From: Octopus sinensis
Taxonomy: Eukaryota
Direction of reading: 5' to 3'
Assembly: GCF_006345805.1 (NCBI RefSeq)
Contig: NC_043013.1
Location: forward strand, 33,480,001-33,544,000
Length of the DNA stretch: 64,000 nt
Positions 1 through 14,350 of this stretch are shown here, one piece after another. How positions within the stretch are numbered: position 1 is the stretch's first letter; each line of letters begins with the position of its first letter. The notes below the pieces were generated by a model, which was given only the letters and a program-made list of their open reading frames with translations, was not told the DNA's origin and did no database searches. The translations under genes were made by a program, and so were the position numbers.

Positions 1-1794
1 TTGCATCGACTTCTCATAATGTGAATTCCAGCCAATAAACTTTTCAATGATTTTACCTATTAAAATCAAAAGATCCACAGAATAAAATGCCAAGAATTTA
101 GTTTTCCAAGCAAACATCCTCATCTTTAAATATATTTATATTTTGGTACTAGCTTTTTTTTTAGAGCAATTTTATAAGAAAATTTCTTCATCCCGTGTCT
201 TGTTGAAATTCGTTTTTTTTAATAACTATTCCATTCTTAATTTTTCAAGCACTTCATCATCATCATCATCACCACCACCACCACCACCATCATCATCATC
301 ATTATTACTTTTATTATTATCATTATTATTAACAAGATTTTTTTTGTTACTGTTTTTCTCTTTGTTGTTGTTGTTCTTACTCATGTAGGTTCACGTGGGA
401 AAACTACTTTATTGTCATTCTATTCTTTGGATAGTTTTTTTTTTCTTTTTAGATTTTTTGTCCTTATTTCAATAAGTTCCTTTTTTTTTATTTCAAAAAT
501 TTCTTGAAAATGTCGTTTAATTTTCTCCGGTTTGAGTTCTGATTTTGAAAAGAAAATTTAAAACGAAAGAGAAAAAAAAACATGATTTTTAATAATTTTG
601 CAACATATTTCTACTTAACTTCTTCTCCTCCTTTGACATTTTCTTATTTCTGTTGTTGTTAACGTTGTTGTTGCTGATACTGTTCTTGCGCTTCGTTTCT
701 TCATATTCAAACCTCTCTATTCTATTTCTGTAGTGTTCATTTATCCTTTTGCAATATCGTTCTCTGTCTATCTAACTTGTTTGTATTTTTCTCTTTCCTT
801 TCAGACATCACTCTTTATTTAAATATGTTATATTATATTGATTTTGCTTCTTGTTTTCCTTTCTAATCTTATAGCTATGTGTAAGTTGAGAAGCGGTTCA
901 ATTGAAATGTTAATCGCTCCTGTTGTTGGTGGTGGTGGTGATGGTGGTGATGGTGGTGTTGTTGTTATATAACGTCGATTGTGAACGACGAAAAATAAAT
1001 GTAAATCAGGAATTACTATTTTGAAAATGGTAAAATAAATTAATAACATTAAAAAAAACTGTGACAAATGATTTGAGTAAAAGTAAAGTTTATGCAACAG
1101 GGTAGCTTTAGTAAGACTAAAGTCGCCACTAAAGAAAACTATACACTCGGGTGTACCTGGTTCGCAAACAGGCTGAATTTATATGGTCTAATGAAAACGC
1201 AGGAGATATGAACAATCGGAATCCCTTTTAATTAGAGCGCTTGTAGTTTTGTGCCTAGTTTCCGAAAACACGATGTGCAATTGTCGGTGTTGAAAGCCAT
1301 AGTGTTAAATTTGCACACCTCCAATGATCCAATGATCAAATCCTCTAAGACGAGTTTGCAGCAAAACGTTAGCAATCGCTTTAATCTATGTCATTTGATT
1401 TACATCGATAATACTCTCAGAAGAAATATGACATTAAAGATAAAATTATGTATACCTACGCATTTAAGTTTTACTTAGATCCATGTTGGTAGTCAAATGG
1501 AATACATTGTTTTGTAAATCTATTAACCTTAACCCTTCATTGTGCTTCCTCGTCTTTTGGGGAAAGGGGCAGAAGGGAACCATTACAAAATGCTGTCAAA
1601 GAATTAAGTTTAACTAAAGCTACCGAAATAAAATTTAGTAATATTATCTCAGGTACTGGATTGTGATTTCAAATGGAAATAGAGGCAGCCCCAAGAAATA
1701 CTGTAATGCTTATCCGACACCTCAACTTTTTAGCCAGTGCACTTCGCTGACTAGCTCATTATGTTGGTCACTGAACTAAGCAACTAGGTTGCTA

Positions 1795-1898
1795 CTTCAT
1801 TCTGGAGGGATGAAAGGGAAAGTAAACTTCGGCAGGATCTGAACCCAAAATACAAGACAATGCATTTGATGCACTTACGACTTTGCCAGCCCACCCGG
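1795..1898 (-). mobile_element. Decayed fragment of SINE family B
   Basis: ggatgaaagggaaagtaaacttcggcaggatctgaacccaaaa...ttgccagc matches the family-B copies at 4783-5175 and 45030-45243. Confidence 0.6.
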
Positions 1899-3955
1899 CT
1901 TTTTTAATCCTTCCATCGAAGCATCGTAAAGTGGCATGAGTTGCAAGCTTGTAAATCACATTTGCTCTAATTTCATTATGTCTATGGTGCTAAAACCTTG
2001 GAGAGCCTAATGAAAGCAGCGGATGTACAACGATTCAGGATGGAGTAATCAAATTCGATTTGTGCCTCATATGCAAATACTTGTGGAAAGAGTCAATATA
2101 TGTGTACGATGGGTATGACACAGATTTCGTCGTCTTTTAAGACATTTAAATTCACTTAATTTACCTACAGTTTTAGAGAAGGTGATAGTTTCTCTCGCTG
2201 ATCTGCTCCTCCACGATTTCATTAAACCATGAAGAAATTCTAGACGATTTTTCTGAGGTGGCTTTGGATGGAATTTTAATTAAATTCGTGATTATAAGCG
2301 TAACAACGCTATAAGAAAGACGGTATGATGCAGGCTAGCGCATCTCGTATTTAGGGTAATATTCTTGCAATATTTATTTCCGTATTACTTTTTACTTCCT
2401 CAGTATATTTTTTCTCCCTTCTCTGTACCGTCATTCCTCTCTCTACCTTTTTAATTCTGTGGAAATTTCGTAGTGTTATATTAACCTCCAATAAGTTCGA
2501 ACTAGAAAGTCCTATGTTTGAAAAACGTATAGGTATCTTAATTGTGTTGAAGGGGATACGATTGACTACAAGATTAATTAAACATTGAAAATCTCTATCC
2601 TTGTAGAAATCTCTTACAGCACATTAACTGATATGGCACGCTGATAAAATTCTTATTATTAACATAGTGCGATTTGTATTTATGACAAGGATACATGTCG
2701 TAAACATTTACAGGTGAGTATACTATGACTGGTTGTTTCGTTGTTTGACCATCACTGTGTATGAAGGCCAGTGGCAGGACACACATCGTCAACACATCAT
2801 GTGTTTAGACTTGGAATTGTATATAACCTCATGTTGTTTTGAATTTAGAATAATCGATAAATAATCAAATTTTAGTCTCTCTTATTTAATGTTATTAGAA
2901 CTGCTAATTTTATAAAAGCCATTGTAATTTGATATCATATTTTGGTGAGATAAATAGATATTCCTGACAAGTCACTGAAGACCTTAAAGTAAGAATACAT
3001 TCCTCGAGATATCTCAACTGAGGTACCGTAGAATTAAAACGTCAAATAAGCACTTAATACATTTTACAAAGTTTTGGTCTAGGTATATTCATCCCTGCCA
3101 CTCGCTAATTTCACGCACTCTGACAAAAGACGTTGGGTGCCGCTCTCTTTGACTAACCTATTAAAAAAGAATGTAAACACCTCCAAAAGAACCCAGTCTG
3201 TCATGCTTCACTTCATTTTTCACAATCTTTCTGTTTTAGCATATGCTTCAATTTCCTCTTCATCGTGAACATAGTCTTGTGGCTATTCAAATACCTAACA
3301 TCATTCAATGAGTTCTAGTTACTATAAATACTTTGTAATTCTAATTGCTGTTTAGTACCAGGTGAGTCCTAATTAAACATATTAAACAGAACTTTGGTGA
3401 CATGAACTCCAGTAGCGACCCTAGTCTATTATTTATGTAAGACTACATAAAAAATTATGTTCTTTTTAAAAGGGTAGGGCATGATTTGGGATATATTTGG
3501 CTACTATTTCTAGTAAGACAACCGATCATGAAAATGCCCCAGTTAATATAATTGTTGAAATGAAAATATGGAGGCATCAAGTTTCTTTCGAGTACTGCAT
3601 CGGTTTGTTCGTTCAAAGCAATTATGATTAATCTTAAGTTACTGTTACTATAATTTAACAACAAAGAAAGGCAACAAACGAAGCAGTCTCATAACTAGCG
3701 ACGGGTTAATAAACATTAATTCCGACATGAAAATGTTAGGTTTCTTGTTTCCAATAGACAAGAACGATGAAAGGCAAAGATGACTTCAGGGAATTTGTTA
3801 GAATGAAGCACCGATTAACTCTCATCAATATCGGTGGATCATTATCGTCGATTTGATATCATGCAGTGTCAAAGATATGTGACCAGGATGGAATTTGTTA
3901 GCCTTCTCCAAAGGAATACTACCAAATATTCAACGTAAGAGAAAGAAATACGGCT

Positions 3956-4193
3956 ATCTTTTATCTTTCACTTGTTTCAGTCATCAGGCAGCGGCCATGC
4001 TGGTGCACCGCCTTGGATTTTCAGTCGAATGAATCGACCCCTGTACATTATTTCTTAAGCCTGTTACTTATTCTATCGGTTCATTTTGCTGAACCGCAAA
4101 GTTCCGGGAAGGCAAACACACTAACACCAGTTGTCAAACGGCTGTGGTGGAGATAAAAGAGAGACACAAAGACATACACACATATACATATAG

Positions 4194-4240
<47 letters not shown>

Positions 4241-4245
4241 TGTGT

Positions 4246-4302
<57 letters not shown>

Positions 4303-4437
4303 CTCACACGACAGGCTTCTTTCAGATTCTGTCTAGCAAATCCACTATTGTAAAAGATACTTGCACAAGGTGCGACGGGAACCCCGAAAAATGTGGTTGG
4401 GAAGCAAGCTTCTTAACACACAGCCAAGCCGACGCCT
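3956..4437 (-). mobile_element. SINE family A (tRNA-like head, CORE-like segment, internal microsatellite), partly deleted
   Basis: Colinear with 13934-14326 and 18465-18876; internal (TA)n/(CA)n tract; tail cttttatctttcacttgtttcagtcat. Confidence 0.85.
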
Positions 4438-4782
4438 ATATCTTAACCAAAACTTCAAATCTCTATTGGGAGTCATCCAATAGCCTTCACGCTTAATTTT
4501 TTTCGCAACACTTCCTAAAATGTGTTGGCAGTGCCGTTGGCGTAATCATGGTATATTCTATAGGTAATTGCAGTGTAAATTAGATATAATGAGGCATCGA
4601 ATAAGTAGTTTTCCATCGCGGATCAGCTGGATAAAGCAGATCTAATTAGGTCATTAAACCAACAGGGAAAATCCGGAAAATTAACACTTGGAAGAAAACA
4701 TCTACAATGGAACATTAATCAGTATTATTACTTAGCCCCAAGTGAGATTTGCTTCAGCAGATCTGTGATAAAAGGCATTCCA

Positions 4783-5175
4783 TTTCTACTCTGGGCACAA
4801 GGCCCGAAATTGTTTGGGAGGGGGCCAGTCAATTAGATCGGTTCCAGTACGCAATTGGTACTTAATTTATCGACTCCGAAAGGATGAAAGGTAAAGTCTA
4901 CCTTGGCGGAATTTGAACTCAGAACATAAAGACAGACGAAATACCTATTTGTTTACTACCCGCAAGGGGCTAAACACAGAGAAGATAAACAAGGACGAAC
5001 AGATTAAGTCGATTATATCGACCCCAGTGCGTAACTGGTACTTATTTAATCGACCCCAAAAGGATGAAAAGCAAAGCCGATCTGGACGGAATTTAAACTC
5101 AGAACGTAGCGGCAAACGAAATACCACTAAGCATTTCGCCCGGTGTCCTAACGCTTCTGCCAGCTCGCCGTCTTA
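4783..5175 (-). mobile_element. SINE family B, dimeric copy with 17-bp TSD
   Basis: Two ggatgaaa.gcaaag.cga...ggaattt.aactcagaac units; A-box-like head ggcgagctggcagaagcgttag on the minus strand; TGATAAAAGGCATTCCA at 4766-4782 and 5176-5192. Confidence 0.9.
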
Positions 5176-5417
5176 TGATAAAAGGCATTCCAGTGGAAAG
5201 TAGTGTGTGTTTTGCTTCTGAGATACATTTCAAGTCCTTTATAGCCTTCTTTTTATGAAGATAGTATGGTGCAGTTTCAGGCAGGTTTGCCTTCTATTTC
5301 GCGCAAGCAGCTAAAGGGCTTTTTTCTAATACTAGGTGTATCATAAGTAAGGTAGCAGCTAACTGTGCTGCATTTTGGAATATCTGACGGCCTAACGGAG
5401 TATTTGACAGATTTTCT

Positions 5418-5570
5418 GTGGGTGTGTGCTAAGAAGTTTGTTCCTTGATAACACGGTTCTGGGTTCAGTTCCACTGCATGGCACGTTGCGCTATTGTCTT
5501 CTTCCATATCCCCAAGCCGACCAAAGGTCTGTGAGTGCATTTCATAGACGGAAATTAAAAGAAACCCGTC

Positions 5571-5621
<51 letters not shown>

Positions 5622-5715
5622 ATCAAAATAAGCAACAACAGTGCGGATAATACCGGACTGACTTGGTGCTTCGACTTAAGTACCTAATTCAAATTAATCT
5701 CAATTTTGTATATAT

Positions 5716-5752
<37 letters not shown>

Positions 5753-5753
5753 G

Positions 5754-5785
<32 letters not shown>

Positions 5786-6019
5786 CGCATGTGTCTGTGT
5801 GAGTGTGTGTGAGTGTGTTTGTGTGCATGCAGTGTATGCGTGGGCGTCTTTGCCCAGCCCTTGATAATCAGTGTTGGTTTGCTTTCGTCCCCGTAACCTA
5901 GGGGTTCGGTAAAAGAGACCGATAGAATAAGTACTGGGCTTTAAAAAAAGTTAAGTAATTTGGACGATTTGTTCTTCTCAACCATGACTATAGACCAATG
6001 ACTAGAACAAATATAAAGG
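5418..6019 (+). mobile_element. SINE family A, diverged, with ~90-bp insertion in its (TA)n tract
   Basis: B box ggttcagttcc; cccgtcgt followed by (TA)n; 3' half aaaagagaccgatagaataagtact. Confidence 0.8.
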
Positions 6020-8822
6020 TTTATCTGTAGGAATAAGACACTGATTTACAGTAAGTTATCAGAAATAGTATCTTTATAGTATCTTATGGCATTGACACGC
6101 GACAGACTTTTGTTTTCTGCAAAATATTCATCACTTTTAGAATAATATGAAAATACCAAATTATTTAAATCCAGGAGAGAACGATGTGGTTTTCAGCTAT
6201 AATGTAAATCTTTAAATATATATATACAAAGATGAAGGCATTTCATTCATCCTATTTAATAAGAATGCATAGATTAATATTTTATAAGATATTTCTCTTC
6301 ACTTTTATTACAAATACACGTTCAACACGGATGAATTTTGTCAAATTGCATTAGTTTTTAATATAGGATTATCTGTTTTTATATTTAAGTAGGTATTATT
6401 TTTCTGATTTCATAATTCTCATTATCGTGTGTGAACTTGTATTTCACTTGCATTTAGAAAATTTTGAATTCTTCCTTTCAAAAGTTGGTTTCTAATTATG
6501 AAATAAAACTCTATCAATACAGTTTATATAATCACACTAGTAAGGGATAACATTTTGAATTTTCGAAAAGATTTTCATATTTTCCCTTGATCTAACGTAC
6601 CGAGTGTACAAACTTCACATTTGCTGTTATTTATTGATAGACATTTATTTTGTTTAATTGATACTGAAATATTCTGTGCAAATGTCTCCGACAACAGAAT
6701 GGTTTGTACATTTTCTCTCCTAATTAAATTCTGGTTTTTACACACCACCAAGCCATATTCTATAGAAAAATGTATACAGAAAATTAGAGGCTTTTCACCA
6801 ATGCACTGCATATTATTTTATTTAGGAAAAACAAACCATTGTCACCTTGCAAGTGGTAAAACTGCCAATCATACATATTCTGTATTCGAGATATCTAACT
6901 CCATCGACATTTTGGGTTGTATCTTCGATGTTTATGAGATTCACATTCTCGTATTTAGTATGAATTCTTTAATTTGCTGCCCTTGGTTGCAAAAATATAT
7001 TTGAAATGGATGTGATGTAACGGTTATGAAATTACAACATGCAACACTTACTTTGGATAATAGCAAAACTCTCAAGGTTTTCACATAACATATGCCTACA
7101 CATATATACATATTGCTGATATGTCCAAAGTCTGACTAATGTCTACGACTGCATGGAACAGCTAAAATGACTAATTAATTCTTGAGGGATTTAGTGCTCC
7201 AAACTGATTTTGTTACGGTTATTTATACAGATATTTCATAGAATAATAAGCCAGCACTAATTTTTGCTACAATGTATCGAGAAGGCAGATGTAAATAAAA
7301 ATGAGATCGAAGACAAAAATGGGTAATCAGTATATATGGCATATTCCGGGGGTTGTTACCCCTTCATTAGTACCCATCTGACACACTCTCGCCTCCGAAC
7401 ACATTGCTTATATAGCCACCGCTTATAGCCGTGTTAAGCTATTGGATATACCAATTTACATATTAAACGCACTTCTGGAGCTGTTAAGTAAATATTAATG
7501 ATTTGTAGGTATGTGGTACTTCTTTAGGAAAATATAATATACTATAAAGAATATTAAATGTTTTTAAAAGTCAATATCACGTTCTACTGCATTAACAGTG
7601 CTTTTAACAATATAGGAGTTTGCAATGTTGGAGCATTTAGTTAATTTATTTGATGTGATTCTTGTTGCTGTACAGATGAAGCCTAGCTAAGACTCTACAA
7701 TGATCCATCTGATACTCTGCTGCTTGGATTTTAAGACAGTTCTATATATTTTCTGCGATAGACTCCATTTATGACTGTTAGAATCTTACCTCTTTCTATA
7801 TTAATTGGGAAATTTACTTCTTTAATCCTGTCACCACTCTTACTTAACATAAACATATTAATTTATACGTAATTAATAACGAAACCTTTCCGGAAAGTTA
7901 TTGTAAAAGGCATGAGAGTTCTATTATAATTTCGTGCAAATTTACACGAGTATCTGCACCGAAAAGAAAAATTGATCGCGGAGTTAATTAAACTGAAATG
8001 TAAGAGATCCGCTTGAAAATCTACGAAAAATTTGCTCGATACTCTGACACGTCTGCAAGTCTGCAAACACGTTAACTCATTAGTACCCATGATACCCCAG
8101 GTGTTGTATTGCTGAAATGCTTTAAAATTTCGTTTCGCAACCAAAAAAGACTTTCGTCTGATACCATTGTGTCACATCTTGGAAAAATATAATTTTCTAT
8201 GGTCACTAATTGATCATACCATGTGAATAAAAAAAATTACGTGGTGACTTGTACATGTAATTCGTAAAGTTTGTCAAACACTCACTTACGTTGAATCCAC
8301 CTAGCAATTACGTTAAGGGACATTATCGGTGAAATCTTCTGACACGTAAAATCTAAGTCAGGGGCAAGTAATTCAGCTGACTGAAAAAGTGAATTCTCAT
8401 CGTTGAGCAACGGGAGATTCACCGTCACGCCTCACTGCTTAGCGAAGAGAAAAAAACAGAAAGTATTTAACTCAGAACGCAAGGGGATGTAACAATGCTC
8501 TTGTGACTCTACAACGAAAACCAATCTTACCGCCTTTGTTGAATCGTCAAAAATGTAAATAGATCTAAATTTCTCTATAAAAAATTTCGTCGGACAAAAG
8601 ATTAATCGTATTTGGTGCACAGGAACGTTAGATTGGTAAAATGGAAAACAAGAGTTCAGTGGGTATTTATTTGGCTAAGAACTTAACTTTTGTGTTTAAG
8701 TCGAAAGGAGGTGAACTTATCAATGATTAATTGTTTCGAAGTCTATAAAATCTGGTACCAATCAATTACTGAGCCTATTTGGCAATAAACATTGAGCAAA
8801 GTGCTTTATTAAAAACCAAAAC

Positions 8823-9037
8823 GTCAGTGGATTGACAGAATAGTTAGAGCGTCTTAGAAAGTGTCTTGTAGTCGTTCATATGACTCTGTACTCTAAGTTC
8901 AAATCCTACCGAGGTCAGCTTTGCCCTTCATCCGCTCAGAGTTGATAACACTAACAGGCAAGTATTATGGGTCAAAGGCATCAACTATATCATTCTCCTC
9001 AAACAAGCTGGTCCAGCATTTAAATCGAAAAGAAATA
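8823..9037 (+). mobile_element. Old SINE family B monomer
   Basis: agttcaaatcctaccgaggtcagctttgcccttcatcc...gttgataa matches the family-B B box and central domain. Confidence 0.7.
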
Positions 9038-10072
9038 GCAGAGACCGGTATTTCATGACAAAGATACATAAGAAGTGTATATGTGTGTGTGTCTGTGCAT
9101 GTGTGAGCGTGTGTGTGTGTGTGAATTTTTGTGTATATGCTTATTTATTATGTATGTTTAATATTATAATAAGGAATAAAGCGACGTTTTCAAAATATTT
9201 TATCTGAAGTTTGTATGAAGTGAGGCAGTTAAAATAGTTGTTCATTAAAAAGAAAACATTAATAAAATATCCATGGAACACATAGAAAAAAGATATTTTA
9301 TAATACGTGAACAGAAATGCAAATAAGTTTCAATGAAAATCAAGTCAACAGAAGTCTTCAAATGTATAACATGCGTTTTAAACAGATAAACTAAGAGCGG
9401 TAGAGTGAATGATATTCATGTGAGTGTTTGTGTGTGTAGACATACTAAGAGGGAGAGAGATAAAGAAAAGAAGTATCGGTAAATAGACAATGAGAAAAAG
9501 ATATATAAAAAAACAGAAAAGGAAACTATAGACACGAAACTGGTTAACAAACAGCAAGTATGATGAAGAATGTGGCTTGAAATATTGAAGTAATTACTTC
9601 AACATTTTTTTCTTATCCATCGCCATTGAAATTCTTGTAGAAGTAAAAAACGAAATGGGAATTAATTAAACCAAACAAAACTCAGTAAAAATAAACATAC
9701 GATAAAGTAAACAACAAAACTAAATCGAACAGCTTAAGGAAACCGTTTTTAATTAGATGGCACGGATAATCTTCGATTAGATTATATATTAAACTTGCCT
9801 ATTATGTTAGCAGTCAACTGAAGAATTTGATATGGTAATTATGCTGACTATTAGCGCTTGAAAAGTAGAATACGATTAACTTGCTATGTAGATGAGTACA
9901 GTTAGATTCAGTAAAAATTATTCAGCTAACATTGCGAAGGAGTAGAAGAATCTATTGATGAATATAAAACCAAAAAAAAAAAAATTATAAGAAAAGTAGC
10001 ATCGTCGAATAATATTAGCACTGTAGAAAGGAAACGTAGAGAGAGAAAAAAAAACGAGAAATAAATAAATAA

Positions 10073-10105
10073 GTAATAATAATAATGATAATGATGATGA
10101 TGTTG

Positions 10106-10186
<81 letters not shown>

Positions 10187-10202
10187 GTAATGATAATAAT
10201 AT
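10073..10202. repeat. (TAA)n microsatellite
   Basis: Direct inspection. Confidence 0.95.
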
Positions 10203-10319
10203 TGAAAGAATTGGATTATGTATATTAGCGAAGTTTAGATATTGGAATCTATTATGGTAACACAATAGAAACGAACAAGATAACGGAATTGCCTATTTAG
10301 TATTGCACCTATTAGGTAT

Positions 10320-10693
10320 ATAAAATTAATCTATAATGATATATAGATACCTACACACATATATATGTATATATATATATATATATGCATATAGATATGT
10401 ATATATATATATATGTATATACGTATATGTATATGTATGCATATATGTGTATATATGCATGTATATATATATGCATACATACATATATATGCATGTATTT
10501 ATATATATATATATTTATATATATATATAGATATATGAACTAATATATCTATAATTGTATACAAGTAGTTTTATATATATATATATATATAAATGTCTAT
10601 GTGTATTACGTATAACGCACGCAGACACACGACTGTACGTATGTATATATGTATGTATGTATGAATGTATGTAAGAATGTACGTATGTATGCG

Positions 10694-10724
<31 letters not shown>

Positions 10725-11762
10725 GCATGTGTGCATTAATACATTTTTCTATTTCACACACACGTAGATATACACGCATATTTTATATATATAGATTTTA
10801 ATATATGCAGATACACATATATGTGTGTGTATTTACGAATACCGACATATATACGCATGACACATGTTTACTGTAAGCTAGGGTATGGACGTAAGTGTGT
10901 ATGCTTGAAATTGTAAATGCCTATATACGTGCGGAATATATTTATATGAAAATGAGCGTTCTCTAATTTAATTGGTTTGATGGATTGGATACTGCTATGA
11001 AGCTTTGCTGTATTCTTTCCCTAAGCCACTCACCGCCAATACCACGACGACGACGACCACCACCACCACCAACACCACCACTACCAGTAACAACAACAGC
11101 ATCAACAACAACCTTCAAAATAAAAGAAAATAAGCAAGCGTAAAAAGTTTGAAAACAAGGAGACTGTTAAAGATAATAAAGTAGAAAGATAATATTTAAA
11201 AAAAAATGAAGAAACATTCATTGACATAATTAGATAAAAAAATTAGAAATAGATGTGTTCTCTCCCTCGTTTATTAGATGTTGTTATTTAATGAAATACT
11301 GAGCATCACGAGGAAAAATTAAGCAAAGAAGTAATTTATCAAGGAAAAAGCTATTTGATCAGAAAACCTAAATACATAGCTTCCTAGACAAACTATTTGT
11401 GTTATACATGCAAGTATATGCGTATATATACTAGTGAATCTGCATGCATACATACATGCGTGCATGCAACATTCACACACACTCACACACACACACACAC
11501 ACCACACACACATATATATATATATGTATACATCCATTTATATATATTATATACATATATTATGAATATACGTATGCATTCATATATACTTCCATCTCTC
11601 TCTCTATATATATATATTTATATATATATGTATATGTATATACATGTATGCATACATACATATGTATATATTATATACATATGTGAAAACCTATTCGCAT
11701 ACGTATTAAAACTTACTTTTATATAACCCATATATGTATGTATATATTTTTGCACATACGTC

Positions 11763-11794
<32 letters not shown>

Positions 11795-11909
11795 ATGTAT
11801 ATATATGTATATGTGTGTGTGTGTGTGTGTACGAATATATATATATACATACATATATAAATAAATAAACATATATATATAATAACATATACACACACAT
11901 ACACACATA

Positions 11910-11952
<43 letters not shown>
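10320..11952. repeat. Compound (TA)/(TATG)/(CA)/(CCA) microsatellite field
   Basis: Direct inspection; explains the YI/CV-rich spurious ORFs. Confidence 0.9.
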
Positions 11953-11956
<4 letters not shown>

Positions 11957-12575
11957 CATGAGCTTCCGAATTCCATCATTAATATTTCCCTTGCACTTCA
12001 CATTCTAATCTGCTGTACTAACTGATTTTGGGTTGTGATATTTGCGCTTTCATGAAGTAAGCTCTTCTGCGAATATTGCTATCAAGTATTTAAATTTTTA
12101 AGCAACATATATGTTCATGATCACCTAAGGATTGGTTTCTATTCGTTTGTGATCAGTACAATTTATCTGTGTTTATACCTACCATTGTTTTAATACACTG
12201 AGTATTACTGACATCATTGATAATCTTTTTGGGAGGCAATTCCCTACAGTATAACTGATTCCTGTATTAATGTATTTTTGTCTCGTTTCAATTTGCCTGA
12301 TGTACGAAATATCAATTCCTTCCTGTCATAAGGACGTGTGCTGTGTTTGTATGACAAACATAATTAAGTCAAAATGTTTACAACTTGGAACGTCTTCAAA
12401 GAAATTGTTAACTCATTGATATGAGGAGAATCTTGGTTGTAACAATTTTGGTATGTTATCCATAAGAATGATTTTAATAGTTCTATTGTATACTGTTAAT
12501 GTTTACTTACGGTTTTGATAGGTTAGATATATGTGGTGTTTCATAAATTTTTCTCGTGTAATACGACCGTTCATT

Positions 12576-12663
12576 GTGGAGCCACATGGCCTAGTGGTTA
12601 GAGCAGCGGACACGCGGTCGAGGGATCAAGTATGGCTCGAGAAGGAACAAACAACAACAACAA
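12576..12663 (+). mobile_element. SINE family C, internally deleted (head fused to tail)
   Basis: Head gtggagccacatggcctagtggttagagcagcggacacgcggtcgagggatc joined to tail aagtatggctcgagaaggaacaaacaacaac; flanks accgttcattg / accgtttattg resemble an 11-bp TSD. Confidence 0.8.
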
Positions 12664-13597
12664 CCGTTTATTGAAGAGTTGCTTCGTACTTTTATGTATG
12701 GATCCGTTGTTTATAATACGTGACCCGTTTCATGTAGTTATGCTGCTTGATTTTTGTATGTAATGTTGCTTCAGTTTTATGATTTGCTCCACTAGATGTT
12801 TGATTATCTGACCAGATAAAAATACACTTCAGTGATGAAATCACTGCATAAAAGTGTATTTAAATAATCCATTACAAAGTGCTACATGAAGTAATCGACC
12901 GACAAATAAAACACTGCTAAATAAAGGATATTGAAACAAAGTTTTAATAAGCTGCAATCGTCTGAGCTGGCAAATATGCTACTTACGATAAAAAAAAAAA
13001 CTATTTTCAAATGTGATAGAGAGCGCAAAATTAGAATACTTCACATTTCCAACTGGTTTGTAAACCATGCAGATACGACAATATCTTGTCAGCTCACGTT
13101 GCACGTACAACAAGGACAAATTGTAATTCAATGAATCATGCAAAAACAAAGTAATAAAACGCGGCAGAAAAAAAAACCTTACTAAACATCATATCTATTC
13201 TACTGAGAATTCACCACAAAATAAGCAATTAGTCACAGAATAATCCTCATAGCACTGTAAAATAGAAAACTAAATAAGTTGCAATGAATACAAAGGCAAG
13301 TAAAACACTTCTTAACGGATGAAACAAAAATATAATGGTTCGAATTTCAAAATCCGAGGGAGATTTCAATGTCAATCTCATATAAATGCCCTAATTAAAG
13401 TGATAACAGCACAGTCTGTGAATATTTTATTTTGTTCAGAAAATAAAAGAGTTTAGGCGTGGAAGGATCGATGTAAATTTAAAATCATTAAGGCTTTACT
13501 GTATATACTCTAAAGGAATTCATTCGAAATTGAGAAAATAACTTCAACATAAAGCAGCAAGTATACTGTCGCGATTACATTGCATATAAACACGGCG

Positions 13598-13659
<62 letters not shown>

Positions 13660-13911
13660 CATACATACATGCATGCATGCATACATACATACATACGAAC
13701 ACACACAATATACATATATACACATATATACATATATACACATACATATACATATATATACATACATATACATATACATAGAGAGAGCTGGAGAGGGAGA
13801 GAGAGTGTGTGTTAAACACTTTCGGCATGCAAATTAGGAACTGTTGCATTTGTTGAGTATATAAACAGTTTGGCTTATTGTTTCTCAGGAAACTGCAAGA
13901 ATGATGTAGAC

Positions 13912-14350
13912 GCCTCTGATGAGAACCCAGTAACTTTTTACTCTTTACTCTTTTACTTGTTTCAGTCATTTGACTGCGGCCATGCTGGAGCACCGCCTTT
14001 AATCGAGCAACTCGACCCCGGGACTTATTCTTTCTGTAAGCCCAGTACTTATTCTATCGGTCTCTTTTGACGAACCGCTAAGTAACGGGGACATAAACAC
14101 ACCAGCATCGGTTGTCAAGCAATGCTAGGGGAACAAACACAGACACACACATATACATATATTCGACGGGCTTCTTTCAGTTTCCGTCTACCAAATCCAC
14201 TCAGAAGGCATTGGTCGGCCCGAGGCTATAGTAGAAGACACTTGCCCAAGATGCCACGCAGTGGGACTGAACCCGGAACCATGTGGGTGGTTAGCAAGCT
14301 ACTTACCACACAGCCACTCCTGCGCCTAAGGTTCGAAAATAGATTAAAGC
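13912..14350 (+). ncRNA. Minimal hammerhead ribozyme interrupted by a SINE in loop II
   Basis: gcct-CTGATGA-GAACC-cagtaa [SINE 13934-14326] taa-GGTTC-GAAA-atagat-T-A-aagc. Confidence 0.6.
13934..14326 (-). mobile_element. SINE family A, full-length young copy
   Basis: Minus strand: A box tggctgtgtgg, B box ggttcagtccc, CORE-like ttgggcaagtgtctt, short internal microsatellite, tandem gtaaaaga tail. Confidence 0.92.

Noticed and set aside
2590-2830. Possible GIY-YIG N-terminal remnant (VIVYS...HYV) on the minus strand
   Set aside because: Similarity too weak without a profile search
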